A stretch of DNA of 64,000 nt from contig OZ245892.1 of the NCBI GenBank assembly GCA_965229605.1, forward strand, positions 1,911,238 to 1,975,237. The letters are read 5' to 3'. How positions within the stretch are numbered: position 1 is the stretch's first letter; each line of letters opens with the position of its first letter. This DNA is from Alphaproteobacteria bacterium (lineage in GTDB: Bacteria; Pseudomonadota; Alphaproteobacteria; CBDDJK01). A program made the translations under genes and the position numbers. Positions 28,979-38,507 of the stretch are shown in pieces. The notes below the pieces were generated by a model. That model had not been told where the DNA came from, searched no databases, and saw nothing but the letters and a program-made list of their open reading frames with translations.

Positions 28979-29923
28979 ATGACAGAAATACGTCATTTTC
29001 TTGATCTTGACCGGGTTGATGCAGAATCGTTGCGGGCGATTCTGGATGCCAGCCATGCGGGAAAGACCGGCAACGAAGACGCACCCCCCTCAAAGCGTCC
29101 TTTGGACGGAAAAGTTATTGTCTGTATTTTTGAAAAACCGTCAACCCGCACCCGCCTGAGTATCGAGATTGCGATCCGCAAGCTGGGAGGGGAAGCGGTC
29201 ATGCTCAATCCGGCAGACAGCCAGCTAAAACGCGGCGAAACCCTGGCTGATCTTGGCCGTTTGCTTTCGCGCTATGCCGATGCGGTTTTCATGCGCACCT
29301 ATGATGCGGCACGCCAGGAAGAACTGGCCAAATATGCAACCATTCCGGTGATTAACGGGCTGACCGACAAAGGCCATCCCTGTCAGCTGATGGCTGATGT
29401 GATGACGCTTGAACAACATAAAGGCGATCTGAAAACCAGAAAAGTCGCCTGGTCGGGGGCCTGGAACAATATGACGATCAGCTGGGTCCATGCGGCGGCC
29501 CGCTTTGGCTTTGAATTATCAATCGCCTGCCCGGATGAAACCCCGCCGGAGGATGAAATTTTGGCCTGGGCAAAGGCACAAGGTGCGACAATTACCGTGA
29601 CCCGCGATCCGGTGGAAGCGGTTGCCGGGGCCGATTGTGTGGTGACTGATGTCTGGGTGTCGATGAATGAGGAAGGCGGGCCGGATAGCGCGGAAACAGA
29701 ACCCAAAAGCCCGCATAATATTTTTGCGCCCTATCAGGTGAACGAACAATTGATGGCGGCCGCCAAAGCGGATGCGGTTTTCATGCATTGTCTGCCTGCC
29801 CATCGCGGGGAAGAAGTCAGCGCGGCTGTTATAGACGGTCCGCAATCCATCGTCTGGGACGAGGCTGAAAATCGCATTCATGCGCAAAAAGGCGTTTTGC
29901 TCTGGTGCCTCAACGCGATTTGA
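28979..29923 (+). CDS. argF: Ornithine carbamoyltransferase
   Basis: STRTR carbamoyl-phosphate motif, HPCQ, and the OTCase-specific FMHCLP. 314 aa. Confidence 0.8.
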   Translation: MTEIRHFLDLDRVDAESLRAILDASHAGKTGNEDAPPSKRPLDGKVIVCIFEKPSTRTRLSIEIAIRKLGGEAVMLNPADSQLKRGETLADLGRLLSRYADAVFMRTYDAARQEELAKYATIPVINGLTDKGHPCQLMADVMTLEQHKGDLKTRKVAWSGAWNNMTISWVHAAARFGFELSIACPDETPPEDEILAWAKAQGATITVTRDPVEAVAGADCVVTDVWVSMNEEGGPDSAETEPKSPHNIFAPYQVNEQLMAAAKADAVFMHCLPAHRGEEVSAAVIDGPQSIVWDEAENRIHAQKGVLLWCLNAI

Positions 29924-30879
29924 TGGCGTCGCCCATGTCAGAAAAAAAAGGGTCAGAAAAAACAGGGCCTGAAGAATCCTCACTTTCCGCTAAAGAATCT
30001 GAATGGATTGATATCGCCCTGCCCTTTGCCATCGGGGCGGAGGAGAATAATCCCGCCGATCTATACGGGCAGCTTGTGCGCCTGGGCCCGGCGCTTTCGT
30101 CTATTCTGCACCGCCAAAGCAGCCAGTTTGAAGACGCGCAGATGAGCAATGATCTCAAAAGAGAACTCGGCGAAATGATCGTGATGGGCGCGGCTCTGGC
30201 CCTGGAGCAAAAACGCCCCGGCATTTTAAGCATTGGCGCGCAACCTGCTTCTGGCGCAGGCCTGGTCGCCGATGCCCGTTTCAGCGATGATCCTTCACTG
30301 CCGATTGATCTGCGCGGACGTATCCAGAAACTGCCCGATAATGACAAAAAAACCGATACACAAAAAAATCCGGCTGGCGGGCTGATGACCCTCACGGTTG
30401 ATCTGGAACAATCCCCGCGAATTCAGGGCATTGTCGAACTCGGACCTTCGCTTGACCAGTCAATTTCAACCTATTTCACCCAGTCCGTCCAACGCCGATT
30501 CTGGTGCAAAACCGTCTGTGATCCATTGACAGGACGCGGCGCGGCACTGGTTTTGCAACAATGGCCCGGAAAGGAAACCCGCGAGCGTGAACAGGGATGG
30601 GATGACCACCATGCTTGCGCCGCAACCGTCACACCTGAAGAATTGCTTGATATGAAATTCGATAGCTTGCTTTTAAATCTTTTCCATACCGTGCGGACCT
30701 TTCCCACCCGCTCCTATGCCGATAAATGCCGGTGCTCCAGACAACGGATGATTGATGCTTTGAAATCAATCGCTCCGGCACAGCGGCAGGACTTGCGCCT
30801 TGCAGACGGAAGCTATAGCGTAACTTGTGAGTTTTGCGTCACAACGCATTCAATTATTGAAGAGGATTTACGGCCATGA
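29923..30879 (+). CDS. hslO: Redox-regulated chaperone Hsp33
   Basis: C-terminal zinc centre CRCS...CEFC (CxC...CxxC). Its ATG overlaps the argF stop (tgATG). argF-hslO linkage is conserved in alphaproteobacteria. Confidence 0.75.
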   Translation: MASPMSEKKGSEKTGPEESSLSAKESEWIDIALPFAIGAEENNPADLYGQLVRLGPALSSILHRQSSQFEDAQMSNDLKRELGEMIVMGAALALEQKRPGILSIGAQPASGAGLVADARFSDDPSLPIDLRGRIQKLPDNDKKTDTQKNPAGGLMTLTVDLEQSPRIQGIVELGPSLDQSISTYFTQSVQRRFWCKTVCDPLTGRGAALVLQQWPGKETREREQGWDDHHACAATVTPEELLDMKFDSLLLNLFHTVRTFPTRSYADKCRCSRQRMIDALKSIAPAQRQDLRLADGSYSVTCEFCVTTHSIIEEDLRP

Positions 30880-31484
30880 TGCGCATAAATATATCTCGCT
30901 TTTCAATCGCTGCTGTTCTACTCGCCCTGATGGCAGGGCTGGCTGGCTGCGCACAAGTAAAGTCTCCGCCCAGCTTTGCCGAGATTTCTTTCACCCATTT
31001 GCCGCTTTTCCATATCCAGGTCGATGAAGTCATTATCGACCGGCAATATCGATCTCCGATGATTGAACCCCATATTGACCATCTGGCGCCGATCTCCTTG
31101 CGCGAAACCGCAAGCAACTGGGGGGTGCAACGTTTGCGCTCTGCCGGGACCGAAGGGGAATTCCGCTTTATTGTCAAAACCGCCTCCATCATCGAAGAAG
31201 AACTGCCGGTTGAAGAAGGGCTGGCCGGAGCTTTGAAAGATGAACAAAGCAGCCGCTATGTCGGGCATTTGTTGATTATCATGGAAGCAAAAAAGCCGGA
31301 TAATGCCTTGCTGATTACCTCCCGGACCGAGGTCAAACGCGCAACCACCCTGCCCGAAAGCGCAACCCTGCATGACCGCAGCCTCGCCATCTATAAACTG
31401 ATTGATGATATGCTGCAGGAGTTGAACCGCCAGCTTGAATCAGACTTGCCGACCTATTTCGGGCCGATTTTGCACGCGCAATAA
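30876..31484 (+). CDS. Hypothetical lipoprotein (lipobox LAGC)
   Basis: The signal peptide ends ...LMAGLAGC. No recognisable family. Translationally coupled to hslO. Confidence 0.5.
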   Translation: MMRINISRFSIAAVLLALMAGLAGCAQVKSPPSFAEISFTHLPLFHIQVDEVIIDRQYRSPMIEPHIDHLAPISLRETASNWGVQRLRSAGTEGEFRFIVKTASIIEEELPVEEGLAGALKDEQSSRYVGHLLIIMEAKKPDNALLITSRTEVKRATTLPESATLHDRSLAIYKLIDDMLQELNRQLESDLPTYFGPILHAQ

Positions 31485-31514
31485 ACCTGCTTTTTAGCTG
31501 ATCAAAGCGGACCA

Positions 31515-32102
31515 ATGGCATTTTTCCGCTTCCTGCTGGTTGCTTTATGTTTTGGTCTGTCGCCTGTCCATTTATCAACGGTTTTGGCAGAGGAAAACCC
31601 GCAAACCAGCCTTGAAACCCAGCTCCAGGCGATTGGGGCCAATGTCGTTTTTATGCGCCATGCGCTGGCCCCTGGAACCGGCGATCCCGGGCATTTTGAC
31701 ATCAGTGATTGCTCAACCCAGCGCAACCTTGATCAAAGAGGCCGCAAACAGGCCCGGGACATCGGACAATATCTGAAAGCACAAAATATCGCTTTTAGCG
31801 AAATTTTATCCAGCCAATGGTGTCGCTGCATTGATACCGTCAAGGAAATGGATATCGGGGGCTGGCAGGAATTTTTTGGCCTCAATTCCTTTTTTAACGG
31901 CCATGTCGATAAAACCGACGTTCTGCGCAGGCTGAACGATAAACTCGCAACCCTTAAAGAGACCGATCTGGCCTTGATGGTTACTCATCAGGTTGTGATC
32001 ACCGCAACAACCGGGATTTTTCCAGCCAGTGGCGAAATGATCGCCTATAACACACGCACCGGCCAATTCAGCAGAATACCGCTTATTTCTTATGGGTCCT
32101 GA
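31515..32102 (+). CDS. Secreted histidine-phosphatase (phosphoglycerate-mutase-like) family protein
   Basis: Signal peptide followed by FMRHALAPGTGDP (RHA catalytic motif, branch 1 histidine phosphatase). Confidence 0.55.
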   Translation: MAFFRFLLVALCFGLSPVHLSTVLAEENPQTSLETQLQAIGANVVFMRHALAPGTGDPGHFDISDCSTQRNLDQRGRKQARDIGQYLKAQNIAFSEILSSQWCRCIDTVKEMDIGGWQEFFGLNSFFNGHVDKTDVLRRLNDKLATLKETDLALMVTHQVVITATTGIFPASGEMIAYNTRTGQFSRIPLISYGS

Positions 32103-32104
32103 CC

Positions 32105-35100
32105 CTAAGTAGCGGGAGCGGTGTCTTCTTCCAATGTATCCGGGCTTTCCTCAGCCAGCTTTTTGGCTTCGCGTTTCTTTTGCCGGGCTTCGCGCTTCTT
32201 TTGACGATTTGCCCGACCCCGCGCCAGAAAGCCCGATACCTGTTCGCGCAGCATCAATAAAGACGGGGTGACAATCAGGGTCAGGATGGTGGCAAATCCC
32301 AGCCCGAAGACAATGGCGGTTGAAAGCTGCTGCCACCATTGGGTTGAAGGGGCGCCCTGGCTGATCTCGCGGGTGGCAAAATCAATATTCAATTTCATCA
32401 CCATCGGAATCAAACCAAGAATGGTGGTGGTGGTGGTCAATAAAACAGGCCGCAGCCTCTGCGCGCCGGTCAAGAGAATCGCTGTCCGGCCATTTTCAGC
32501 GGTTTTGCGTAATTGATCGAATGTATCAATCAGCACGATATTATTATTGACCACAATTCCCGCAAGCGCGATCACGCCGATCCCGCTCATCACAATACTG
32601 AACGGCTGATTGATCACCAGCAGCCCGATCATCACCCCGATGGTTGACATGATCACCGCCGTCAGAATCAAAAGGGCCGAATAGAAACTGTTAAACTGCG
32701 TGATCAGAATCACCGCAATCAGGAACAGGGCGATTGAAAAGGCTTTCATCAGGAAAGACTGCGATTTCTTCTGTTCCTCATCCTCGCCTTTAAAACTGAC
32801 CTGCACGGCTTCGGGGATCTCCAGCGTTTCCATAAACGCCGCAAGCTCATTGACCGCATCATTGGCCAAAGCCCCCGGCATCATATCTGCCGCAACAAAC
32901 ATAATCCGTTGCCCGTCAATCCGTTGCAAGGTCCCGGTTTTTGGCGTTGGCTCCCGGGTCAGAAAATTGCCAACCGGAATAGAACCACTGCCCCCGGTCA
33001 CCCGCAACCGGTCAAGCTGATCAATGGTCCGGTATTCCTTGGGCATCCGCAAGAGAATATCAATTTCTTCATCCGCATCATTCGGGCGATAGGAATCCAG
33101 CTTGAAACCGCGTGTCACCATCTGGACAAAGCCGCCCAATGTTGAAATATCAACATCAAATTTGGTGGCCTGGGCACGGTCCACCGCCAGCCGCCATTCA
33201 ATCCCGGGAATAGGCCGTGAATCCTCGATATTGGTCAAATTCGGCATATTATCCATGCGGGTGCGGATTTGTGCAATTAGCGGGTCCATCAGGGCCGGAT
33301 TCACCGATGAAAGCTGAATTTTTACCGCTTTGCCAACCGGAGGACCAGCTTCGGGCTGGCGCACCTCGACCACAATGCCGCTGATCTGGGCGGTGCGCCG
33401 CCGCATCTCGGTCTTAAGTTCCTCTGCCGGGGGCCGCTTGTCCCAATCTTCAAGCTCCAGCTGCAATTTGCCGATAATATCCTCGGCATCCTCGTTCCGG
33501 CTGCGCAAAATTCCGCTTTGCGCATAAACAGATTTAAACACCGCCTGTTCGGCCTGAATGGCCAGCACCTGTTCTTCAACCCGCCGCACCAGCTGATCCT
33601 GCTCCAGAATCGACAGATTGCCACGCGCATAGATGTTGACCAGTAATTGTTCCGGCTCGACCTTGGGGAAGAACTCGACCCCGCGCCCGTATTTTCCATA
33701 GGTCATCCAGGAGCCGACAAGAACCATCAAAGCCAGGATCAGAATGACTATCGGCACCCGCAAGGCCACCCCCAGCACCCGGACATAGAGACCGGTAAAG
33801 CCGCTGATTTTCAGTACATCGGCTTCGCTTTGAATGTGACTGGCAGAAAGTTTGGACAATTCCTTATTAACCAGCAGAGGCGGCATCCGGCCTTCGTTAA
33901 AGCGTCGAATGGCAATGAAAACGCCAAACCCGAACAGCCCGCCAAGAAAGAGGGAAAGCGGCGGCAGGATACCGACCAGCGACCCCGCTTGATCGGCAGA
34001 AGCAGGCACCAGGGCTTGTGATCCGAAAAAGAACAACCCGGCCCCGCAGGCGGTCAGCAAAATGCCGGAGAGAAGAATACCAAGGGAGTTAAGGGCTGTG
34101 CCCAGGGTCGGCAGGAAAATCAGAGCCATGGCCAGCGAGGCCGACAGGGTTGCAATCAGGGTGATAGGCAGGAATTTCATAAATTCGCCGACCACACCGG
34201 GCCAGAACATCAGCGGCAGGAAGGCAGCCAGCGTGGTCAGGGTAGAGGCGATGATCGGCAAGGACATGCGCTTTGCCGCCAGCGCATAGGCTTCGGTTTT
34301 ATCAAGCCCTTCGGACAGTTTTCGGTCTGCAAATTCGGAAACAACAATCGCCCCGTCCACCAGCATTCCGACCGCGAGGATTAAAGAGAATAACACCACG
34401 ATATTAACAGTCAGCCCGGCGGTAAAGAGGATAAGGATTCCGGTCAGGAATGAACCCGGAATCGCCATCCCGACCAGAATACCGCCGCGCACACCAAGGG
34501 CAGCAATCACGACAATCATCACCAGCAGAATGGCGGCAATCACGTTATTCTGCAAATCGGTGAGCATATTGCGGATGTCGCTGGATTTATCCTGCGAAAA
34601 GGTAATATTAATCGAATCGGGCCAATTTTTTGATTCTTTGGCAACGACAGCGCGGACCTGTTCAATGGTTTCAATGATATTCACGCCGACCCGCTTTGAA
34701 ACATCAATCCCTAAAGCGGCGTCTCCATTGAGGCGGGCAAAGGAATCGGAGTCTTTAAAGCTGCGCCGGACTTCGGCAATATCACGAATGCGGACAATGC
34801 CCTCGCCATTGCTGAAAAGCGGCATATTCAGGATATCAACCACCGATTCAAAAATACCCGGCACTTTAATCGTAAAGCGCCCGGCCCCTGAATCCAGCGC
34901 ACCAGCCGCCACCAGCTGATTATCGGCCCGCAATTTATTGATCAGCTGAGTTGGCTCCAGCTGATAGCTTTCCAGCTGTGCAGGATTGACGATCAGTTCA
35001 ACAATTTCATCGCGATCCCCGGTCATCGTGGCTTCCAGCACATTTGGAATTTCTTCAATCCGGTCTTGTAAAAGCCGGGCATATTTCAACAATGTCCGTT

Positions 35101-35545
35101 CCGGGGCCGGGCCGGAAAGCGTCACCACAAGCACCGGGAAAAGCGATAAATTGACCTCATACACGGTCGGATCATCGGTGCCATCCGGCAAATCGGGCGT
35201 GACATTGTCCACCGCTTCGCGGACATCAGCCAGTGCCGTGTCGACATCAAATCCGGCCTCAAACTCCAGAAGAACATTGCCGCCGCCTTCATAGGCACTG
35301 GAGCGCATTTCAACCGCCCCTTCAACCGAGGACAATTCTTTCTCCAGCGGCCGGACCAATAGCCGTTCTGAATCCTCTGGCGAAATACCTTCAAAAGAAA
35401 GCGTCACATAAAGGATCGGGATATTGATATCAGGATCAGCCTCTTTCGGGATGGTCACATACGAATAGGCTCCGGCAATCAGCACAAAGATCAGGACCGA
35501 CACAACCATGCGGGAGCGGCTGATCGCCGCGTCAATCAACGTCAT
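32105..35545 (-). CDS. RND efflux transporter permease, AcrB/HAE1 family
   Basis: 1146 aa with 12 TM segments, two large periplasmic loops and a C-terminal Lys/Arg-rich tail. Confidence 0.85.
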   Translation of the reverse strand: MTLIDAAISRSRMVVSVLIFVLIAGAYSYVTIPKEADPDINIPILYVTLSFEGISPEDSERLLVRPLEKELSSVEGAVEMRSSAYEGGGNVLLEFEAGFDVDTALADVREAVDNVTPDLPDGTDDPTVYEVNLSLFPVLVVTLSGPAPERTLLKYARLLQDRIEEIPNVLEATMTGDRDEIVELIVNPAQLESYQLEPTQLINKLRADNQLVAAGALDSGAGRFTIKVPGIFESVVDILNMPLFSNGEGIVRIRDIAEVRRSFKDSDSFARLNGDAALGIDVSKRVGVNIIETIEQVRAVVAKESKNWPDSINITFSQDKSSDIRNMLTDLQNNVIAAILLVMIVVIAALGVRGGILVGMAIPGSFLTGILILFTAGLTVNIVVLFSLILAVGMLVDGAIVVSEFADRKLSEGLDKTEAYALAAKRMSLPIIASTLTTLAAFLPLMFWPGVVGEFMKFLPITLIATLSASLAMALIFLPTLGTALNSLGILLSGILLTACGAGLFFFGSQALVPASADQAGSLVGILPPLSLFLGGLFGFGVFIAIRRFNEGRMPPLLVNKELSKLSASHIQSEADVLKISGFTGLYVRVLGVALRVPIVILILALMVLVGSWMTYGKYGRGVEFFPKVEPEQLLVNIYARGNLSILEQDQLVRRVEEQVLAIQAEQAVFKSVYAQSGILRSRNEDAEDIIGKLQLELEDWDKRPPAEELKTEMRRRTAQISGIVVEVRQPEAGPPVGKAVKIQLSSVNPALMDPLIAQIRTRMDNMPNLTNIEDSRPIPGIEWRLAVDRAQATKFDVDISTLGGFVQMVTRGFKLDSYRPNDADEEIDILLRMPKEYRTIDQLDRLRVTGGSGSIPVGNFLTREPTPKTGTLQRIDGQRIMFVAADMMPGALANDAVNELAAFMETLEIPEAVQVSFKGEDEEQKKSQSFLMKAFSIALFLIAVILITQFNSFYSALLILTAVIMSTIGVMIGLLVINQPFSIVMSGIGVIALAGIVVNNNIVLIDTFDQLRKTAENGRTAILLTGAQRLRPVLLTTTTTILGLIPMVMKLNIDFATREISQGAPSTQWWQQLSTAIVFGLGFATILTLIVTPSLLMLREQVSGFLARGRANRQKKREARQKKREAKKLAEESPDTLEEDTAPAT

Positions 35546-35577
35546 CTTTTTATCTCCTGCATCCTGTTATCAGATAA

Positions 35578-36807
35578 TCAGCCACCTTGCTCGTCAAGAG
35601 CCCCGCCAAAAACATTCAGGCTGGCGGTGGGTAGCACCCGGGTGCCGGTGCCGGCAAATTCCTGGCCCACGCTGATCACATCCAGAGTTTCAGGCAGCGG
35701 AGCCTCAAGGCCAGTCACCCACATGCCTTCAGCCCGGTCCGATAAAATACTGACCGGATGGAAAAGCACAATATCATCGGGGCCAACCGATTTTATCCCG
35801 ACCTGACCAAGATTATTAAGGGTCAGCCAGGCCGGACTGATCTTGTGGGCCTGGCTGGAAGTCAAGGACACATCAAGGCCAACCGTCATACCGGCTGCCA
35901 GCTTTATATCGGGATTCGGGGTTTCAATTTCAATACGGAAGCTGCGGGTGCGCTGGTCACTGACCGGCGATATCCGGGTCACACGGGCATCAATCAGGGG
36001 CTGGCCAATAAATTTTAATTGCACCGGGGCCTGGTTCTGTATGCGTCCATAATCACGCTCGGGGATTTGGGCGCTCACCAGAACCGGATCAAGATCAGCC
36101 AGTTCAATCGTCGTATCACCACTGGTCAGATAATCACCAATTTCAACATGCCGTGCCGATATAATCGCATCAAAAGGCGCGGTGATCGCGGTTTTTTGCA
36201 TATCGCGCTCAATCGCATCCAGCTCTGCCCTGGCGCGTGCAAGCGTGGCCTCGGCCTCCAGCCGCCGGACGTCGCTTTGAAAACCCTTGCTGGCCAGTTT
36301 GCCCGCCGCTTCGCTTTCAATCTCGGCCTGTTTCAAAAAGGCCTGCGCTTGCGCCAGTTTCGCCGGGCGTCCATCCAGATCAAGTGCAACCAGCACGGTA
36401 CCTGCCCGCACAAGATCACCAATATTGCCCTTTACCCGCGCAACGCGCCCATTGGTTTCCGCCCGCAAGGCAACCGTGCGCGAAGGTGCGCTTTCGCCAG
36501 TTAACCTTATCTGGGCCAGATAATTCCGGGTCATGCTGGTGACGGTTTGAACACGCTGTATGTCTTGGGCGACATCCTGGTTCGCATCTGCTTGGTCCGT
36601 ATCGGTCGCTTCTTGTGTCGGCTCTTGAACCGGTTTTTGGGCCAGTGTTGCTCCGGCTGCTGATTGTGTCGGGGAGGGAGAAGCCTCCGGCAGCTCAATC
36701 CCGGTTTTGGCACCGACCCAGCTGATAAACCAGGGCTGGCCCGACAGAATCCATCCGCCGCTCACAACAGCAACCAGAAAAGCAATGAGAAGAGACATTT
36801 TGCGCAT
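35578..36807 (-). CDS. RND efflux periplasmic adaptor (membrane fusion protein)
   Basis: HlyD/MFP-like barrel-sandwich and lipoyl motifs. Start chosen as the ATG at 36807 (MRKMSLLIAF...), preceded by an AAGGA ribosome-binding site. The track ORF extends 27 codons further. Confidence 0.8.
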   Translation of the reverse strand: MRKMSLLIAFLVAVVSGGWILSGQPWFISWVGAKTGIELPEASPSPTQSAAGATLAQKPVQEPTQEATDTDQADANQDVAQDIQRVQTVTSMTRNYLAQIRLTGESAPSRTVALRAETNGRVARVKGNIGDLVRAGTVLVALDLDGRPAKLAQAQAFLKQAEIESEAAGKLASKGFQSDVRRLEAEATLARARAELDAIERDMQKTAITAPFDAIISARHVEIGDYLTSGDTTIELADLDPVLVSAQIPERDYGRIQNQAPVQLKFIGQPLIDARVTRISPVSDQRTRSFRIEIETPNPDIKLAAGMTVGLDVSLTSSQAHKISPAWLTLNNLGQVGIKSVGPDDIVLFHPVSILSDRAEGMWVTGLEAPLPETLDVISVGQEFAGTGTRVLPTASLNVFGGALDEQGG

Positions 36808-36953
36808 GTAAAAAATCCTTAAAGTCGGCCCTTGAAACAATGTATGCGAGACGTAGCTGTTATACTTGTTTAACGGGCCTGATGTCACGATGATTATTCA
36901 TTTATTGCCTCTCCAAGCAAGGCGGTCTATAGAGAATTCACTCACATGCACAA

Positions 36954-37306
36954 GCGGACGTGGTGGAATGGTAGACACAAGAGACTTGGCAACCATGTTG
37001 AGTGCCTTTTGGGAAACCTTGAGGGTAGAACTGCTCAAATTCGGGGAAACCTTAACAGGTGAGGCTGATGGCAATCCCGAGCGAAGCCCGCAAGTAGCTG
37101 TTATATATAGCCGTTATGCGTGTAACAGTTATGGGGAACGTGTAGAGACTAGACGGGCAGCACCTACGGCACAAGCCAGGGTGAAGGGATAGTCCAGACT
37201 ACAAACGCGGCAGGTTGATGACTTGTGGCGGCAGTGAAAGCTGTGGTGGTATGAAAATCTCTCGATCGATATGATCGTGCGGGTTCGAGTCCCGCCGTCC
37301 GCACCA
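36954..37306 (+). tRNA. tRNA-Leu(UAA) gene interrupted by a group I intron. Exon 1 is 36954-36987, exon 2 is 37254-37306, and the CCA is encoded.
   Basis: Acceptor GCGGACG/CGUCCGC, D-arm UGGUGGAAUGGUAGACAC, anticodon stem AGAGA/UCUCU, loop C-U-U | A-A-A-A, a long variable arm CGAUCGAUAUGAUCG, and T-arm GCGGGUUCGAGUCCCGC. It is near-identical in layout to bacterial tRNA-Leu(UAA). Confidence 0.8.
36988..37253 (+). ncRNA. Group I self-splicing intron (266 nt) in the anticodon loop of tRNA-Leu(UAA), between U34 and A35
   Basis: The exon ACUU can pair with intron GAGU (about 37000-37006), giving a U.G at the 5' splice site. Core P7-like elements are present: GAGACUAGACGGGCAGC and GGAUAGUCCAGACUACA. 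The terminal nucleotide is G (37253). No ORF lies inside. Confidence 0.7.
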
Positions 37307-37564
37307 CCAGACTAACCGACTGATAATAAAGAGTTATACCAAGGAAATTCGTGCTTGCAAAGCCGCGCGGTCTTTTGCTTGACAAGTCCCGGTCATTAGG
37401 CCAAGTTATACGCTCAGGAGCAGGAGAGAGGATTTTAGCCTGAAGATTTTCATAAAAAATTTTTAAAAATTGAAATGAGAAGCTGAACAGGTAAATATGG
37501 GGGGCATCAAAATCGTTGAAAAAACAGATATAGTGCGCGTGAACAAATCGCAAAGGAATAAACC

Positions 37565-38497
37565 ATGCTAAAACTCATCTTGAAGCGTTTCGGCTCGATG
37601 GTTTTGATCATGCTGACGGTGACAGTCCTGCTGTTTTTAATCAACGAAGGAGACCCAACACTGGTTGCCCGTTCAGTCCTCGGGCCCTATGCGCAACCCG
37701 AACAGCTGAATTTATGGGTTGAGAATAACGGCTATAATCGCCCGATGTATGTGCGTTATTTTGATTGGCTGTTCCGCATGATGCAAGGCGATCTGGGCGA
37801 TTCCATTATCTATAAACGCCCGGTTAATGAAATTTTCTGGGACCGGCTGGGTCAGACAGGTATTCTGGCGGGTGTCACCTTTGTTTTCATGGTGATCGTG
37901 GCCTTGGTGATGGGGGTTCTGGCAGGAATGCGCGAAGGCTCAACCCTTGACCGGTCAATCTCCGTCTTTTCGATTTTCACCACCTCCATCCCCGAATATG
38001 CCAGTGCCGTCTTCCTTGCCTTTATCTTTGTGTTTACCTTGCAGTGGTTGCCGGGAACAAGTTCAATGTCCGAAGGATTTAATGTCCTGGAGCTGGTCTT
38101 GCCGGTCATGGTGCTGACATTATACGGCTTTGGCTATATTGCCCGCATGGTGCGCGCTTCAATGGCCGAGGTTATGACCACACAATATATTCGCACCGCG
38201 ATTTTAAAGGGCTTGCCCTATCGCAAGGTTATTCTGAAACATGCCTTGCGCAATGCGCTGATTGCCCCGTTTACGGTTATTCTTTTGCAGATTAACTGGT
38301 TATTATCCGGCGTTGTCGTCACAGAATATGCTTTTGCCTATAAAGGGTTTGGCGCCCTTTTGCTTGAAGCAGCCTTGCGCCGGGATATTTTTGTGATTGA
38401 AGCCTGCGGGCTGGCGGCAGTGTTTGTGGCGGTGATGACACAAACAATCGGGGATATCGGCTATGCCTATCTCAACCCGCGTATCCGATTGAAATAA
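37565..38497 (+). CDS. Peptide/nickel-type ABC transporter permease (DppB/OppB/YejB-like)
   Basis: 310 aa, six TM segments, EAA motif region. Confidence 0.75.
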   Translation: MLKLILKRFGSMVLIMLTVTVLLFLINEGDPTLVARSVLGPYAQPEQLNLWVENNGYNRPMYVRYFDWLFRMMQGDLGDSIIYKRPVNEIFWDRLGQTGILAGVTFVFMVIVALVMGVLAGMREGSTLDRSISVFSIFTTSIPEYASAVFLAFIFVFTLQWLPGTSSMSEGFNVLELVLPVMVLTLYGFGYIARMVRASMAEVMTTQYIRTAILKGLPYRKVILKHALRNALIAPFTVILLQINWLLSGVVVTEYAFAYKGFGALLLEAALRRDIFVIEACGLAAVFVAVMTQTIGDIGYAYLNPRIRLK

Positions 38498-38507
38498 GTG
38501 GAGAAGT

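Noticed and set aside
37250-37310. A T-arm plus CCA-ending element (GGTTCGAGTCCCGCCGTCCGCACCA) that was first considered as the acceptor piece of an alphaproteobacterial two-piece tmRNA
   Set aside because: A matching 5' acceptor strand, D-arm and anticodon stem lie 266 nt upstream and complete a tRNA-Leu(UAA). No tag-peptide reading frame ending in LAA/VAA or pseudoknot series was found. The intron-interrupted tRNA explains the region better.
37307-37564. Possible sigma-70 promoter (TTGACA at 37378-37383) for the peptide ABC operon
   Set aside because: No convincing -10 hexamer lies at the correct spacing, so it was left unannotated.
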